A DNA stretch of 64,000 bases, taken from assembly GCA_963665775.2 (NCBI GenBank), contig CAXXTF010000001.1:736001-800000 (forward strand). The letters run 5' to 3'. The stretch's first letter is position 1, and every line of letters starts with the position of its first letter. Origin of the DNA: Dehalococcoidia bacterium (GTDB lineage Bacteria > Chloroflexota > Dehalococcoidia > SM23-28-2 > RBG-16-64-32). The position numbers and the translations under genes are program-made. The notes under the pieces were generated by a model. The model searched no databases and was not told where the DNA came from. It saw nothing but the letters and a program-made list of their open reading frames with translations. Shown piece after piece: positions 1 through 13,307 of the stretch.

Positions 1-1500
1 GCCGATTTCGAGGCGCGGGTATATTCACGAGTCACCGCCGCCTTCGGGACAGAATCGTCGCCCGGGGTTGACTCCGACCCCCGCATCACCATCCTGCACG
101 CCAGCATCTCCGGTGCCGGCGGCTACGTGAGCCTGTCCGACGGATTCCCTGTGGCCGCCGCCCCCCGCAGCAACGAGCGCGAGATGATCTATCTGGACGC
201 CACCCTCCTCTACCTGGACTCGCTTTTCGGCAGCACGGAGCGAGCCCTGTACAACGCCGTCGCGGCCCACGAGCTTCAGCACCTCGTGCACGCCAACGCC
301 GATCCCGGCGAAGAAGCTTGGGTGAACGAGGGGCTGTCGGAGGTGGCCTCCGAGCTGGTGGCGATGACGGCGGGGGCCAACACATCCGGCCTGCAATCGT
401 TCCTGGCCTCCCCGGATACCCAGCTGAACTACTGGCCGGCCGGTGGCGATACAGGCGTCCATTACGCCGCCTCGCAGCTCTTCTTTCGCTATCTTCTGGA
501 CCACTTTGGGGGCAGGGAGAACGCCTCCCAGCTCTTGCGCATTCAGGAGGACGGCATCGCCGGGGTGGAGGCCTACCTCGTCCCCTTCGATGCCACTTTC
601 CTGGACGCGTTCGCCAACTGGCTCGTCGCCAACTACCTGGACGAGGAGGACGGCCCCTATTCCCACGCCGATACCAGGGCTCGGGTGACCACAACGACCA
701 CGGTCCGGCGTCTGGGGCAGGGCAGCGATTCTGTCCACCAGTTCGCCGCTGACTATCTAGAGGTGGAGCCACCGGATGGCGAGGGCATATTCACCTTCCA
801 GGGGGTGGGCCAGGGGTCCATCGGCGTTCCTCCCCGCGATGGACCCTTCTGGTGGTCCAACCGGGGCGACGGTATCGACAGCCGTCTGACGCGGGAGTTC
901 GATCTGGGGGGCTTAGAGCAGGCCACCCTCCGTTTCTGGACCTGGTTCGACACCGAGCGCGGTTGGGATTACGCGTACGTGGCCGCTTCCACGGATGGCG
1001 GTCTGACCTGGCAGGCCCTGGGCGGGCGTCATACCACGGAGGATAACCCCGTGGGCCTGGCCTACGGCCCGGGCTTCAGCGGCAGCAGCGGCGAAGATGA
1101 GCCGGTATGGGTGCGGGAAGAGATCGACCTTACACCCTTCGCCGGGCAGAAGCTGCTCCTACGGTTCGAATACGTCACCGACGATGCGACGAACCTGGCC
1201 GGCTTCGCGGTGGACGACATCGAGATCCCGGAGCTCGGCTTCCACGACCCCGCCGACAGCGATCGCGGCTGGACGGCGGCGGGCTTTCGCCGTATCGAGG
1301 GTCCCCTTGAGCAGCGATTCCTCCTGATACTCATCCAGCCGGGCGATCTGCCGATCGTAACCCGCATCCCCGTGGATGCCGGCAATCGGGCGGTGGTGTC
1401 GCTGGACGGGCCAGCCACTATCATCGTAGCCGCCATCACCGAAGGCACTACGGAGGTCGCCCAGTATAGCTGGTCCCTGTCGGCGCCTGCCGGCCCGTGA
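1..1500 (+). CDS. Immune inhibitor A / M6-like secreted zinc metalloprotease, 5'-truncated by the window
   Basis: Frame is open from base 1. HELQH (HExxH) followed by NEGLSE; C-terminal InhA-like module (WFDTERGWDYAYV, LRFEYVTD, GFAVDDIEIPE). Confidence 0.8.
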   Translation, partial: ADFEARVYSRVTAAFGTESSPGVDSDPRITILHASISGAGGYVSLSDGFPVAAAPRSNEREMIYLDATLLYLDSLFGSTERALYNAVAAHELQHLVHANADPGEEAWVNEGLSEVASELVAMTAGANTSGLQSFLASPDTQLNYWPAGGDTGVHYAASQLFFRYLLDHFGGRENASQLLRIQEDGIAGVEAYLVPFDATFLDAFANWLVANYLDEEDGPYSHADTRARVTTTTTVRRLGQGSDSVHQFAADYLEVEPPDGEGIFTFQGVGQGSIGVPPRDGPFWWSNRGDGIDSRLTREFDLGGLEQATLRFWTWFDTERGWDYAYVAASTDGGLTWQALGGRHTTEDNPVGLAYGPGFSGSSGEDEPVWVREEIDLTPFAGQKLLLRFEYVTDDATNLAGFAVDDIEIPELGFHDPADSDRGWTAAGFRRIEGPLEQRFLLILIQPGDLPIVTRIPVDAGNRAVVSLDGPATIIVAAITEGTTEVAQYSWSLSAPAGP

Positions 1501-1534
1501 CCGGCGGCACGACGGTTGGTATTATGGAGGGGCT

Positions 1535-4119
<2,585 letters not shown>

Positions 4120-4136
4120 GGGGATATAATTAGGCC

Positions 4137-4670
4137 ATGCAGCCTGAACTGGCCGACAACACGGAACAGGCGCTGCCCAGGGCGGTAGCGGCGATCAGCC
4201 GCCGTCTGCCCCTGTCCAGTACGTTCGTCAAGTTCCTCATTGTGGGTGGGATTGGCTTTCTGATCAACCAGTTCATGCTGTTCATGCTGTACGACTCGCC
4301 GACCTTCTGGTTCTTGCCCGCCCAGGATACGCGGCTCGATTTTGGCCTGTTCCGCCTTCCAGATATCCGACTGTTGATCTCCTCAGTGCTGGCGGTAGAG
4401 ACGGCGATCATCTTCCAGTTCAATGCGCACGAGCGATGGACATTCCGAGATCGAGAGCGCAAGGGATGGGGCCCCATCCGCTTCCTGAAGTTCAACCTGT
4501 GTGCCTCCGCCAGCCCGATCATCGTTGTTGTCACCGTAAATACCTTGACGCCGCTAGTCGGGATCAGCCCCTATCTCTCCAACACCATCGGCATACTGAT
4601 CGGGTTCATGTGGAACTGGAGCTGGAACACGCTCGTAATCTGGCCCCAACGTCAGTCGGGCCGAACGTAG
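4137..4670 (+). CDS. GtrA-family flippase-like membrane protein
   Basis: KFLIVGGIGFLIN, HERWTFRD and FLKFN motifs; four hydrophobic segments. Confidence 0.85.
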   Translation: MQPELADNTEQALPRAVAAISRRLPLSSTFVKFLIVGGIGFLINQFMLFMLYDSPTFWFLPAQDTRLDFGLFRLPDIRLLISSVLAVETAIIFQFNAHERWTFRDRERKGWGPIRFLKFNLCASASPIIVVVTVNTLTPLVGISPYLSNTIGILIGFMWNWSWNTLVIWPQRQSGRT

Positions 4671-4687
4671 GGGCATATAGGCGGCGC

Positions 4688-5389
4688 CTATATGCCTCTG
4701 ACCCGCAGGCGCAGGCTCACAATGAGGGCCTCAAGCATAATCTTCCACGATAGCTTGGACTTACCGGCCTGCCGATCGATGAACGTGATTGGCACCTCAC
4801 GAAATGTCTTACCGGCGCGGTGGCAGTAGTAACCGATCTCATAGTGGGAGGCGAATCCACGGGACCTGACTATGGTGGGGTCTATACGCTCCAACGTGGA
4901 CCGACGAAAGCACCTGAACCCGCTAGTACAGTCGCGAACGGGCAACCCCAAGAGGAAGCGCACGACCAAGTTCGCCGTCCTGCTGATGAGCCTTCGCCGC
5001 AGGGGCCAACCCTGGGTGGCACCCCCCTTCATATAGCGAGAGCCGATCACCAAGTCCGTTTCCTTCGCGGCCTCTATAAGCCGGGGGATATCCTTTGGAT
5101 TATGAGAATGGTCAGCGTCCATCTGCACTACGTAATCGGCACCCAGACTGAGCGCAACCTTGAATCCGTCCAGGTAGGCGGTAGCGTAGCCCAGCCTTGC
5201 CGGACGCTGGATGAGGTGAACCCGGCCTTCCCCAGCGGCTATCTCGGACACCAGGTAGCCTGTACCATCTGGGGAGTTGTCATCGACCACAACGGCACTA
5301 TAGTCAGGCCCCAAACGTAGGACATCGGCAAGTAAACGAGGGATATTCTCGGCCTCGTTATAGGTCCCGATGACAACTATGCACGACAC
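4688..5389 (-). CDS. Polyprenol monophosphomannose synthase (Ppm1/DPM1-like GT2)
   Basis: TYNEAENI, VDDNSPDGT, QMDADHSH, GSRY, DCTSGFRCF and EVPITFIDR motifs. Confidence 0.9.
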   Translation of the reverse strand: MSCIVVIGTYNEAENIPRLLADVLRLGPDYSAVVVDDNSPDGTGYLVSEIAAGEGRVHLIQRPARLGYATAYLDGFKVALSLGADYVVQMDADHSHNPKDIPRLIEAAKETDLVIGSRYMKGGATQGWPLRRRLISRTANLVVRFLLGLPVRDCTSGFRCFRRSTLERIDPTIVRSRGFASHYEIGYYCHRAGKTFREVPITFIDRQAGKSKLSWKIMLEALIVSLRLRVRGI

Positions 5390-6064
5390 GAGTATACGCA
5401 GTTAGAGAATCGCCACACGCTGTTCAAATACTAGCCCAAGCCGCACCCAATTATCCAGCCCGCCCAAGTTTCCGGTTCTGCCACTAGCGGTCGCTGGCCC
5501 AGATCACGCTCGTAGGCGCACGTATCATAAATCACGACATCGCTACGCGAAGGCTGGAACGCACCATACCAGCCGAGCGAAGAGATGCACGGATCTTGTA
5601 TTGCCGGATGGGGCAGTAGTATTGTGGTCGATAGATTGGTGACGGTTAGCGACTAATGTTCCTACAGTGGGAGATCAAGAGGCTCAATCCCTGGTGGCGC
5701 AGCAGGCTTCGGATGTATCGGCGCTCAAGGATCTCCTTGGACAGATGGTGATGGGGGTGCCGACGGCTATCCCAGAAAATGCGGCGGGCGTTGCCGAAGC
5801 GTAGCGGCCGGCGAGTCTCCAGAATCGCCCAGTTAACGCGACCCTGCCGTGGCCTCGCTTACCCTGTTACGACATTGACGAGCGATCTGTGTGCCACGTG
5901 ATGACCCCTGGTTGTCAAAGCGATAGGCGGCACGTGATGCGACGGCCAGATCCGCCTTTGCCCAACGGTGTCCTGGACATCTCCAACGCCTTGCTCGCTT
6001 CCAAGAGGGCTTAATATCGTGGGCCAGCACAATATGGGGCGAATGATTCTTGGCTGAGCAGGCC

Positions 6065-7528
6065 ATGAGGCACTCCGGTGGTCGACTGACGGGCCCGGCT
6101 GGCGTGGGGCGCGTTAAGTCGTTGATGGCCCACAGGCGGTTGGAGCTGTCCTTGACGTTCGGTATATTTGTGGCGGCTCTGCTCGTTTACCGTTTTCTGG
6201 GTCCGCCTGAGACCCCCTTTAATAACTTCGTCCGACAGGCGCAGCTCTTTCTTGACGGCAGACTGGACCTGCCGGCTGATATTCCCTATCTAGAACTGGC
6301 TGTGAGGGAGGGGAAGTACTACATAATTCCGCCGCCGATGCCAGCGATCCTCATTCTGCCGGGAGTCGCATTGTACGGGCTTGCGCTGAATCAAACCTTG
6401 GCCTCTGCCGTTGTTGGTGCCGTTGGCGCTTCTGTAGTTAGCGTCGTCGCGGGAGGAGTTTCAACAAATCGTTCGGCTCAGATTTGGCTGACCATCTTGT
6501 TCATCTTCGGTACTGTGTACTGGTATGCAGCCGCCAACGGTGGCGTGTGGTTCTTCTCACATACCGTGGCTGTCTTGTTTCTGTTCCTAGCTATCTATGC
6601 GACGCTTGCCCGGCAGAATCCGTTCCTAGCAGGCTTGTTTCTCGGTGCTGCTTATTGGTCTCGATTACCGACCGTCCTAGCCTTGCCATTCTTCATCATA
6701 ATGTTCTCTGATCAATGGCTTCCATCGCAAAGGACGGGATCGCTTGTCTCCAGGATCAACGTAAAGCCTCTGCTTTGGCTGGGCTTTGGCGTCGGAATTT
6801 TTGTGCTACTTAACTTTGTCTACAACTATTTGCGGTTCGACACACCTTTAGATGCGTCGTACTACTTCCGAAAACCAGAGATCTGGGATGAGCCGTGGTT
6901 CAACCACGGGCCGCTTCACATCACATACATTCCGCGCCACCTGCCCATTATCTTTGAGAAGCTTCCCATTATTCAAACGGAAGCTCCCTATATTCTACCT
7001 AGCTGGGGAGGCATGGCGATTTGGGCTACGACTCCAGCCTGCCTCTATGCCCTTTTTGCTGGCATCCGTAGTAGGCCGGTCATCGTTTTTGGGTCAGCGC
7101 TGATTTTAATCACCGTGGCGGTCATTACTTCGAGGGCGATTGCCGGGGCCTGGGACCTGGGATGGGCCCAGCGCAACATACCGTTCAACCTTACGGCCTT
7201 CCCTTTCTTGCTGTTGATCGGCTTGGCCGTGGTCACCGCCATAAGAGATGGGAACAAGCTGGTCCTCGCCTGCTGGTCCGCAATAATACCGATCAGCCTG
7301 GCAGTGTTTTCTCACGGGGCTACAGGCTTTGCCCAGTTCGGTTACCGATTCAGCCTGGATTTTCTCCCCTTCCTTTTCCTGCTGACCGCAGTAGGTATCG
7401 GAGAGAGAATTAGATGGCATCACAAGCTGCTAATCCTCTTGGGTGTGATCGTGAACCTTTGGGGTGTCCTGTGGATCTATCAGTTCCAAGAGCACGAGTT
7501 CCTTGGTTTACAGTGGGTCGGTTGGTGA
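6065..7528 (+). CDS. Multi-pass membrane protein, probable GT-C glycosyltransferase
   Basis: More than 10 hydrophobic segments; YNYLRFDTPL and QFGYRFSLDFLP motifs; lies in a glycosylation cluster. Start codon uncertain. Confidence 0.6.
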   Translation: MRHSGGRLTGPAGVGRVKSLMAHRRLELSLTFGIFVAALLVYRFLGPPETPFNNFVRQAQLFLDGRLDLPADIPYLELAVREGKYYIIPPPMPAILILPGVALYGLALNQTLASAVVGAVGASVVSVVAGGVSTNRSAQIWLTILFIFGTVYWYAAANGGVWFFSHTVAVLFLFLAIYATLARQNPFLAGLFLGAAYWSRLPTVLALPFFIIMFSDQWLPSQRTGSLVSRINVKPLLWLGFGVGIFVLLNFVYNYLRFDTPLDASYYFRKPEIWDEPWFNHGPLHITYIPRHLPIIFEKLPIIQTEAPYILPSWGGMAIWATTPACLYALFAGIRSRPVIVFGSALILITVAVITSRAIAGAWDLGWAQRNIPFNLTAFPFLLLIGLAVVTAIRDGNKLVLACWSAIIPISLAVFSHGATGFAQFGYRFSLDFLPFLFLLTAVGIGERIRWHHKLLILLGVIVNLWGVLWIYQFQEHEFLGLQWVGW

Positions 7529-7793
7529 TGAATGCGGTGACCGACGTTGGGGAACTGCCGGTTGTTTTCCACTGGACGGTGTGCAGTCGCCGCCGCCGTT
7601 CGCTCGCACGATGACGGTCTCTGCGCCGCTTTAAAGTCTTCGGTCACATCGTTCTGCGCTCCTCGCCTGGCGTGTCGAGAAGCGATGATATTCGTCAATA
7701 TCAGGCGGGAAGAGAGGGCGAGAACCTAGGGAGAGCACAGGCAACAGGCGGAGTCGCCGGGCCGCCCGCTGGGCTTCCCCGGCCGGCTGAAGC

Positions 7794-9185
7794 CTAGCTC
7801 CAATCCCAGACGCCAGTCCAATCGAGCCAGAAATACGAATCGCCCAGCCAGCCAGGCACGGATACGGCGGCGAGGTGCGGGTAGAAGTAGAGAAACGTGA
7901 GAGCGACTACCGCCAGGAAGGCGACCGCCACGGTCCGGCCCTGGCGGTGCTGCCAAAGCCTGTATACGGCATACGCCAGGGCCAGGATCAGGAAGGGCAG
8001 CGCTGGCAAGTAGTGGTAGAGGAACATGATTCGGGGCTGGATAGCCCAGGGCAACCATAGACCCAGATACGTCAACACGACGAACAGCAGCGCGAACCGC
8101 TCCTGCGTCAGCTGCCCCGATATATGGAGGTTGCCTGTCGCGGCGTCCAGCCTCGCTCGTACAGTCCGTACCCCCTGCCACAGGGCGAAGGTCAGGGCGG
8201 GAAGGCCGAACCAGAAGATCATGGGGTTCCCCAGGTTGTAGATCTTGGCGCTATCGGAGAGGTGCTGGAACACCGGCCGCGTCAGGATCGGCCAGGTGTT
8301 CCAGGGAGACTGGTACCCATGGGTGGCGTCCAGGCTGGAATGGAACTCGTACGCCAGGCGGTTCAGGGTCCAGACGTCCCCGAGGCTCTGCCCGTTGAGC
8401 AACATGGGGAGGTACGAGAGGAAATAGACGTAGCCGGGAACGAGGATGAAGAACAGGGGCAGGATCAATGAAGATTCCAGGAGAAACTTACGACGCTGGC
8501 CCTTTTTGGTCTGGAGAAAGCGGTAGATGAAATAGAGGCCGATGGGGAACAGGGTCAGGGCTGCCGTCCACTTGGTGGCCGCCGCCGCCCCCAGGAATAT
8601 CCCGGAGAGCAGGAACCGATCGGACACGAGGAAATACACCGCGCCTAGGATGAAGAACAGGACATAGGTATCCGGCGTCCCGATACGCGATTGGGTGAAG
8701 GCTAGGCCCTCAAACGTTAACAGGAAACCGGCGGCGATGCCGACGAATTCGCTGTTAAACAGCCGCCTGCCCAGGAGGTAGATGAAGACGATCGAGCCTA
8801 CGCCGGCCAGGGCACCGAAGAACCGCCAGGCGAACGGGTTGTCGATCTCGCCTGTCACGGACCCCGACGTCACTATCCCGAACAGAGCCATCCCGCCGGC
8901 CATGATCAGCTTCGAGAGGGGCGGATGGGTGTTCTCGCTACCGTAGAATTCCCAGGGACCGGCCTCGTCTGGTATCAGCTCTCGGCCGAGTATCTTCTGC
9001 GCCGTGTCAGGAAAGTAGACCTCATCGAAGAAGAACTCGCCCGGCGTGCCCAGACGCCAGAAGCGGCTGAACATCGCTGTCGCCAGGAGGGCGATCAGCA
9101 GACCGACCAGGAGCATCTGGCGTCTGTCTAGAGTGGTAAGGCGATGGAGGCCTGGGACCCCCTGAGCGCGGTCCAGGATCCTCAC
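7794..9185 (-). CDS. Protein O-mannosyltransferase-like GT-C (PMT/GT39)
   Basis: FFDEVYF, HPPLSKL, AWRFFGAL, ATKW, H.Y.S.W..WP, GNP and FLYHYLPALPF motifs. Confidence 0.85.
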   Translation of the reverse strand: MRILDRAQGVPGLHRLTTLDRRQMLLVGLLIALLATAMFSRFWRLGTPGEFFFDEVYFPDTAQKILGRELIPDEAGPWEFYGSENTHPPLSKLIMAGGMALFGIVTSGSVTGEIDNPFAWRFFGALAGVGSIVFIYLLGRRLFNSEFVGIAAGFLLTFEGLAFTQSRIGTPDTYVLFFILGAVYFLVSDRFLLSGIFLGAAAATKWTAALTLFPIGLYFIYRFLQTKKGQRRKFLLESSLILPLFFILVPGYVYFLSYLPMLLNGQSLGDVWTLNRLAYEFHSSLDATHGYQSPWNTWPILTRPVFQHLSDSAKIYNLGNPMIFWFGLPALTFALWQGVRTVRARLDAATGNLHISGQLTQERFALLFVVLTYLGLWLPWAIQPRIMFLYHYLPALPFLILALAYAVYRLWQHRQGRTVAVAFLAVVALTFLYFYPHLAAVSVPGWLGDSYFWLDWTGVWDWS

Positions 9186-10465
9186 GGCGGAGCGGGCTCC
9201 TCTCGATCGCGTGAAGACAAGAAGAAAGAGACCAGCAGGAGCAGGGGGAAGGCCAGGAAGGTGAGAAGAGAGAGCAAGGCTGTCGTATCCTGTTCTCCTA
9301 TCCAGTCGAAGACGGGATTCACCCTAAGGAAGTTCTCGTTGTAGTAAGAATACACATAGTAGAGGTTGGAGAAGTGGATCATGCTGAGGACGGCAAAACT
9401 GGCCCAGAGGATACGGCTCTTCGTGAGGACGCAGGCAGCTAGAAAGGGGAGAAAGAAGGGGAAGAGATAGCGCTCGTGCATACGGGTCAAGAAGAGGAAG
9501 AAGGCGAGCACGGAGAGGGCGGTGGCCAGGGCAAGCATATCCGGGCCTTGGGCCTTTCGAAACACGATGATGATGGCCAGAATCGATACGGCGAACAGGA
9601 AGATGCCCCAGACCCGATGCGTAACCCCCAGGTACTCTACGTTATCGCGTCCGAAGACATCCAGGCCGAACATGCCCCAGAAGTTGTAGGCCCAGAAGGA
9701 GTCGTACGGGTACACGTCCGCCGCGTCCCCAAGTCGTCCCACCAACTGCCATGGGCCATCTGGAAAGAACGGGAAGATAAGCAGAATCGCCACTGCCAGA
9801 GAGATCGCCGAGGCCCGTATCACCATCGCCAGAGAGAAGTGCTTCAGATACCAGAAGGCGAAGAACGGGAGCGCTGCCACCGCCTGCGGCTTCACGAGGA
9901 AACCGACGGTAAAGGCTAGAGCACCTCGCACGGGATGGTCCCTGCTCACGTAGTAGACGGCCAGCAGCAGGAAGAAGGCGAGGATGCTGTCCACCTGACC
10001 CCATACCGGCCCGATCAGCAGCGTAGCGGGAAAGAGCAGGTACACGGCCGGACCGGCCAGCCGAAGCAGCGGTCGCTGGCCCTCCAGCAATCGGTACAGT
10101 AGGTAAGCGGAGGCCAGATCGGCGAGGATGGCGGGCAGCTTCAGGACGTAATTGAACGTCCCGGCGTCAAACTGCAGGAATCTGTCCAGCGTACCGATAA
10201 ACCACAGGACATACAGGTAGCCCGGCGCGTAATCCGCGAAGAAACCGCCATCATAGAAGTTCCAGGGCCCGCGGTCGGCCAGTTGGATGCTCCAGGCCCG
10301 AAATGAGCCCAGGTCGATGCCAAAGCCGGGCAGGGCAGCCAGGGCCAGGCGCAGGATCAGCCCGGCCAGCAGGACAAACGCGATGGGTCTGACCGTTACG
10401 AGAAAATCTAACTCGACTGCGCCGCCCGGTGTCGCTTGCGCACTTTCCGCTTCTGACCGTGCCAT
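9182..10465 (-). CDS. GT-C glycosyltransferase (GT87/Alg-like)
   Basis: DYAPGYLYVL, KLPAILAD, WGQVDS, KPQ and MHERYLFP motifs; overlaps the PMT start. Confidence 0.8.
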   Translation of the reverse strand: MARSEAESAQATPGGAVELDFLVTVRPIAFVLLAGLILRLALAALPGFGIDLGSFRAWSIQLADRGPWNFYDGGFFADYAPGYLYVLWFIGTLDRFLQFDAGTFNYVLKLPAILADLASAYLLYRLLEGQRPLLRLAGPAVYLLFPATLLIGPVWGQVDSILAFFLLLAVYYVSRDHPVRGALAFTVGFLVKPQAVAALPFFAFWYLKHFSLAMVIRASAISLAVAILLIFPFFPDGPWQLVGRLGDAADVYPYDSFWAYNFWGMFGLDVFGRDNVEYLGVTHRVWGIFLFAVSILAIIIVFRKAQGPDMLALATALSVLAFFLFLTRMHERYLFPFFLPFLAACVLTKSRILWASFAVLSMIHFSNLYYVYSYYNENFLRVNPVFDWIGEQDTTALLSLLTFLAFPLLLLVSFFLSSRDREEPAPP

Positions 10466-10770
10466 CGCCTTCCTACAGCGCTAGCGGCGCGGCCTTCTCC
10501 GGAGGATGTCCAATACGGGGGGATCCCGTAGCGATCGCCTATCTGCCGTCTCCTCAGTCACTAGATAGCTTCAAGGTATGCCCTGTATCTATCTGTTGGT
10601 GGGGCTCTCTCCAATTCTACTTCGGCCTCAGCCTCGGAGCAATCGAAGCCGTCACGGTTGCCGCTCACGGGCGGAACCGACCAGCGGGGCTCAGTTGGGA
10701 GGGCGACCGTTATCCGGGACGAGCGAGGGGGCTCAGATCGGATTACGGCAACTGGTAGGAGATGCCCTCT

Positions 10771-11361
10771 CTACCGGGTAGACAGTGCGTTGACCAGTTG
10801 ATCCGCCTGAACGATCTGCGCCTGCCTGCTTAGGATTTTCTCCATTAGAAAGTCGTGCACGGCCGTGTCACCATCGGTGCAACCGTCCTCGACTACGACT
10901 AGCTCGTAGTCGAGATCGGCGGCAATTCGCACCGTCGAAAGAACGACGCCCGATGTGGCGTAGCCCATCAGAACGAGGGTGGTAATCTCCTTGGCTCGCA
11001 ACACGGTCTGGAGATCGGTCCCTGCGAAGGCTCCCACGTGATGTTTGGTGACGACTACGTCCTCCGGACGAGGGGCTACGGCGGGATCGATCTCCGTGGC
11101 CGCACCGCCGATCAGGAAACGGCCGGACTGCCGGACGCCGCTGAACATCCGGTTGCGAGGACTAACCTCCGGATAGCCTTGCCGGAACCTGACGACAACG
11201 TAGATAACGGGGACCCCCGAGTTTCGTGCAGCGTTTAGAACCCCGGCCACCCGGCTTAGGAAATCCGGCTGGGCCTCTGAGATACCCGGGGTCATCTCCT
11301 GTTGAAGGTCCATGGCGAGGATCGCGGTGTGTTCCCGATCGAGTTTTAGTTCGTCTACCAC
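10771..11361 (-). CDS. Isochorismatase-family (cysteine hydrolase fold) protein
   Basis: TAILAMDLQ, VVVTKHHVGAFAGTDL and GYATSGVVLST motifs. GTG start after GGAAGGGG. Confidence 0.85.
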   Translation of the reverse strand: MVDELKLDREHTAILAMDLQQEMTPGISEAQPDFLSRVAGVLNAARNSGVPVIYVVVRFRQGYPEVSPRNRMFSGVRQSGRFLIGGAATEIDPAVAPRPEDVVVTKHHVGAFAGTDLQTVLRAKEITTLVLMGYATSGVVLSTVRIAADLDYELVVVEDGCTDGDTAVHDFLMEKILSRQAQIVQADQLVNALSTR

Positions 11362-11573
11362 TGTTGCCCCTTCCACGTCTGGAGTCGCTCGTCTGCTCCC
11401 GGTCTCGGGACGTAGACCATGATACACGACTGGACCGGCTCTGTGGGCCGGGTGTGGAGGACGCCACCGCTATGGGATCGTGAGGCGGCTGATAGGATGG
11501 ATGAGGCCCTGAGTAGCCGCTGACCAGAGCGCGTGGCTGTCAACTTGGCTGTCAAACGCCGGCTCGCTTAGCA

Positions 11574-11601
11574 AGGAAACGGCCCGAGAGGGCCGTTTCC
11601 T
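11574..11601 (-). terminator. Hairpin terminator downstream of the tRNA pair
   Basis: AGGAAACGGCCC-GAGA-GGGCCGTTTCCT, a perfect 12-bp stem just 3' of tRNA-Cys. Confidence 0.7.
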
Positions 11602-11613
11602 ACCTAGAAACTT

Positions 11614-11688
11614 TGGAGGCGACGGTGGGATTCGAACCCACGATCAGGGTTTTGCAGACCCCTGCCTTAACCACTTGGCCACGTCGCC
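11614..11688 (-). tRNA. tRNA-Cys (GCA)
   Basis: Reverse complement GGCGACGTGGCCAAGTGG...GTCTGCAAAACC...GGTTCGAATCC...CTCCA folds as a cloverleaf; CCA is encoded. Confidence 0.95.
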
Positions 11689-11695
11689 CCTGTTA

Positions 11696-11782
11696 TGGTG
11701 CCGAGGAGGGGATTTGAACCCCTACGCCCTTACGGGCACCGCCCCCTCAAGACGGCGTGTCTACCTATTCCACCACCTCGGC
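11696..11782 (-). tRNA. tRNA-Leu (GAG)
   Basis: Reverse complement GCCGAGGTGGTGGAATAGGTAGACACGCCGTCTTGAGGGGGCGG..., long variable arm, GGTTCAAATCC, CCA end. Confidence 0.95.
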
Positions 11783-11940
11783 AGCACCCCTATAATACCG
11801 ACTCGTCAGAAGGCGGGGCAAGGATAACCTGCTGCTTGTGATGAGCCAAACGGCCTACTAGCAGCTGCTTTGCCTCGAGCTATTATAGCATGCAGCTACG
11901 CGTATCAGGGTGCGTATCCTTCTGGGTAGGCCGGTGCGAC

Positions 11941-12291
11941 CTAGGTTACGGGAAGCGGCGGCTCGAAGTCAGCGTCCGACAGGTCGCGGCTGATTTCCGT
12001 GGCCTCCAAGCGGAACTCTCCTGCCTCCCCGTCAGCCTGCCCGGCGGCCGCGAAACGCAACCGGATTGCCATCTTCCGCGAGGCGCCACTCCGCCTTGCC
12101 GGCCTGCTCCTGAGCGGAGCCGCCGACGGAGAAACAGATGGCCTCCTGGCCGGCGGTCTGCTGTGTCGAGTGGCCGATGTCCGCGTCTGCGACCGCTTCA
12201 GCGATCGCCTCGCTGAGGGTCTCGGGCTTGATGGGTCGTCGAGGAATGGGAGGGAGACTGCCTCAAGTGTGGGCGTGTTGACAGACGGCAT
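11941..12291 (-). pseudogene. Probable frameshifted remnant of a secreted/lipoprotein-like gene
   Basis: Protein-like text is split over two frames (PETLSEAIAEAVAD...AGQEAICFSV...EDGNP and LRFAAAGQADGEAGEFRLEATEISRDLSDADFEPPLPVT); no good start. Confidence 0.35.
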
Positions 12292-12342
12292 TGGCCCGCC
12301 CCATCTGTAGACGCAGTACAGCGTAAGGTGTTGTCTCTCAGT

Positions 12343-13305
12343 CTAGCTGCGCCGCTCCAGTATGGAGTCGGTGAGGTCAAGAAGGGCCTGACGGTCAGAT
12401 GTGTCCGGCAGAACAGCCAGGGCCTGGCTGGCGCTGAGGCTGAAGCGCCGCGCCATATTGTAGGACTCCTGGGGGATGTCCGAGGAGCGGATGTTCGCCA
12501 CGGCCTGGGCCAAGCCGTCCTCGCTGGGGTCAGCGAAGTACTTCTGTACGGGGTTCGAGCCGGGATGGCGCTCCATGAGAAGGAGCGAAGGCAGGGTGAG
12601 GGTTCCCTGGATGAGGTCGCTGCCCACGGGCTTTCCCATCTCCGCCTCGTCGCCGGTGAAGTCCAGAATATCGTCCACTATCTGGAAGGCCATGCCGAAG
12701 CTGTAGCCGTAGTCGTGCATCGCCTGGATCCACTCCTCCGGCTGGCCACTTACGACAGCGCCGCCCTCGCAGGCGGTGGCGAAGAGGGACGCCGTCTTGC
12801 CGCCGATGCGCTGGAGGTAGTCGCGCACCGTCTGCCGGCTGTCGTAGGCCGTGAGGTCCTGTCTCATCTCGCCCGTGGCCATGACCATGAGGGTCTGGGA
12901 GAAGAGCCGGATGACGCGGATGTTGCCCGTTTGCGCGATTTGGTCGGCGGCGTGAGCGAACATATAGTCGCCCAGCATGACCGTGGTGGAGTTGTGGAAG
13001 GCGCTGTTGGCGGTGGGGCGGCCGCGGCGGGTGGCGGCGTTATCGATCACATCGTCGTGGACCAGGGAGGCGGTGTGCAGCAGCTCTACGGAGGCGGCCA
13101 GTGGCACCAGGAGGTCTAGATCGTACTTCCCGAATCGCCCGGCAAGGAGGGCCATGGCCGGACGCAGGAGCTTGCCTCCACCGGCCAGTACCAGATCCAG
13201 CATCTCGGCCAGGGGTCTGTAGTCGACCTGCTTCAGCGACTCGAAGGTCTGCTCTACACGGGCCAGGTCTGCCTGGACGAGGCCGTAAGGGAGGTCGGTC
13301 TTCAC
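12343..13305 (-). CDS. Polyprenyl diphosphate synthase (HepT/IspB-like)
   Basis: GGKLLRP, HDDVID..RRG and FQIVDDILD aspartate-rich motifs. Confidence 0.93.
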   Translation of the reverse strand: MKTDLPYGLVQADLARVEQTFESLKQVDYRPLAEMLDLVLAGGGKLLRPAMALLAGRFGKYDLDLLVPLAASVELLHTASLVHDDVIDNAATRRGRPTANSAFHNSTTVMLGDYMFAHAADQIAQTGNIRVIRLFSQTLMVMATGEMRQDLTAYDSRQTVRDYLQRIGGKTASLFATACEGGAVVSGQPEEWIQAMHDYGYSFGMAFQIVDDILDFTGDEAEMGKPVGSDLIQGTLTLPSLLLMERHPGSNPVQKYFADPSEDGLAQAVANIRSSDIPQESYNMARRFSLSASQALAVLPDTSDRQALLDLTDSILERRS

Positions 13306-13307
13306 CG

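Noticed and set aside
5390-6064. Gene or ncRNA in the long gap between the divergent glycosyltransferases
   Set aside because: Only short, motif-less ORFs and no recognisable RNA structure.
11614-11782. tRNA pair as an island attachment site
   Set aside because: No adjacent integrase and no duplicated tRNA 3' end seen.
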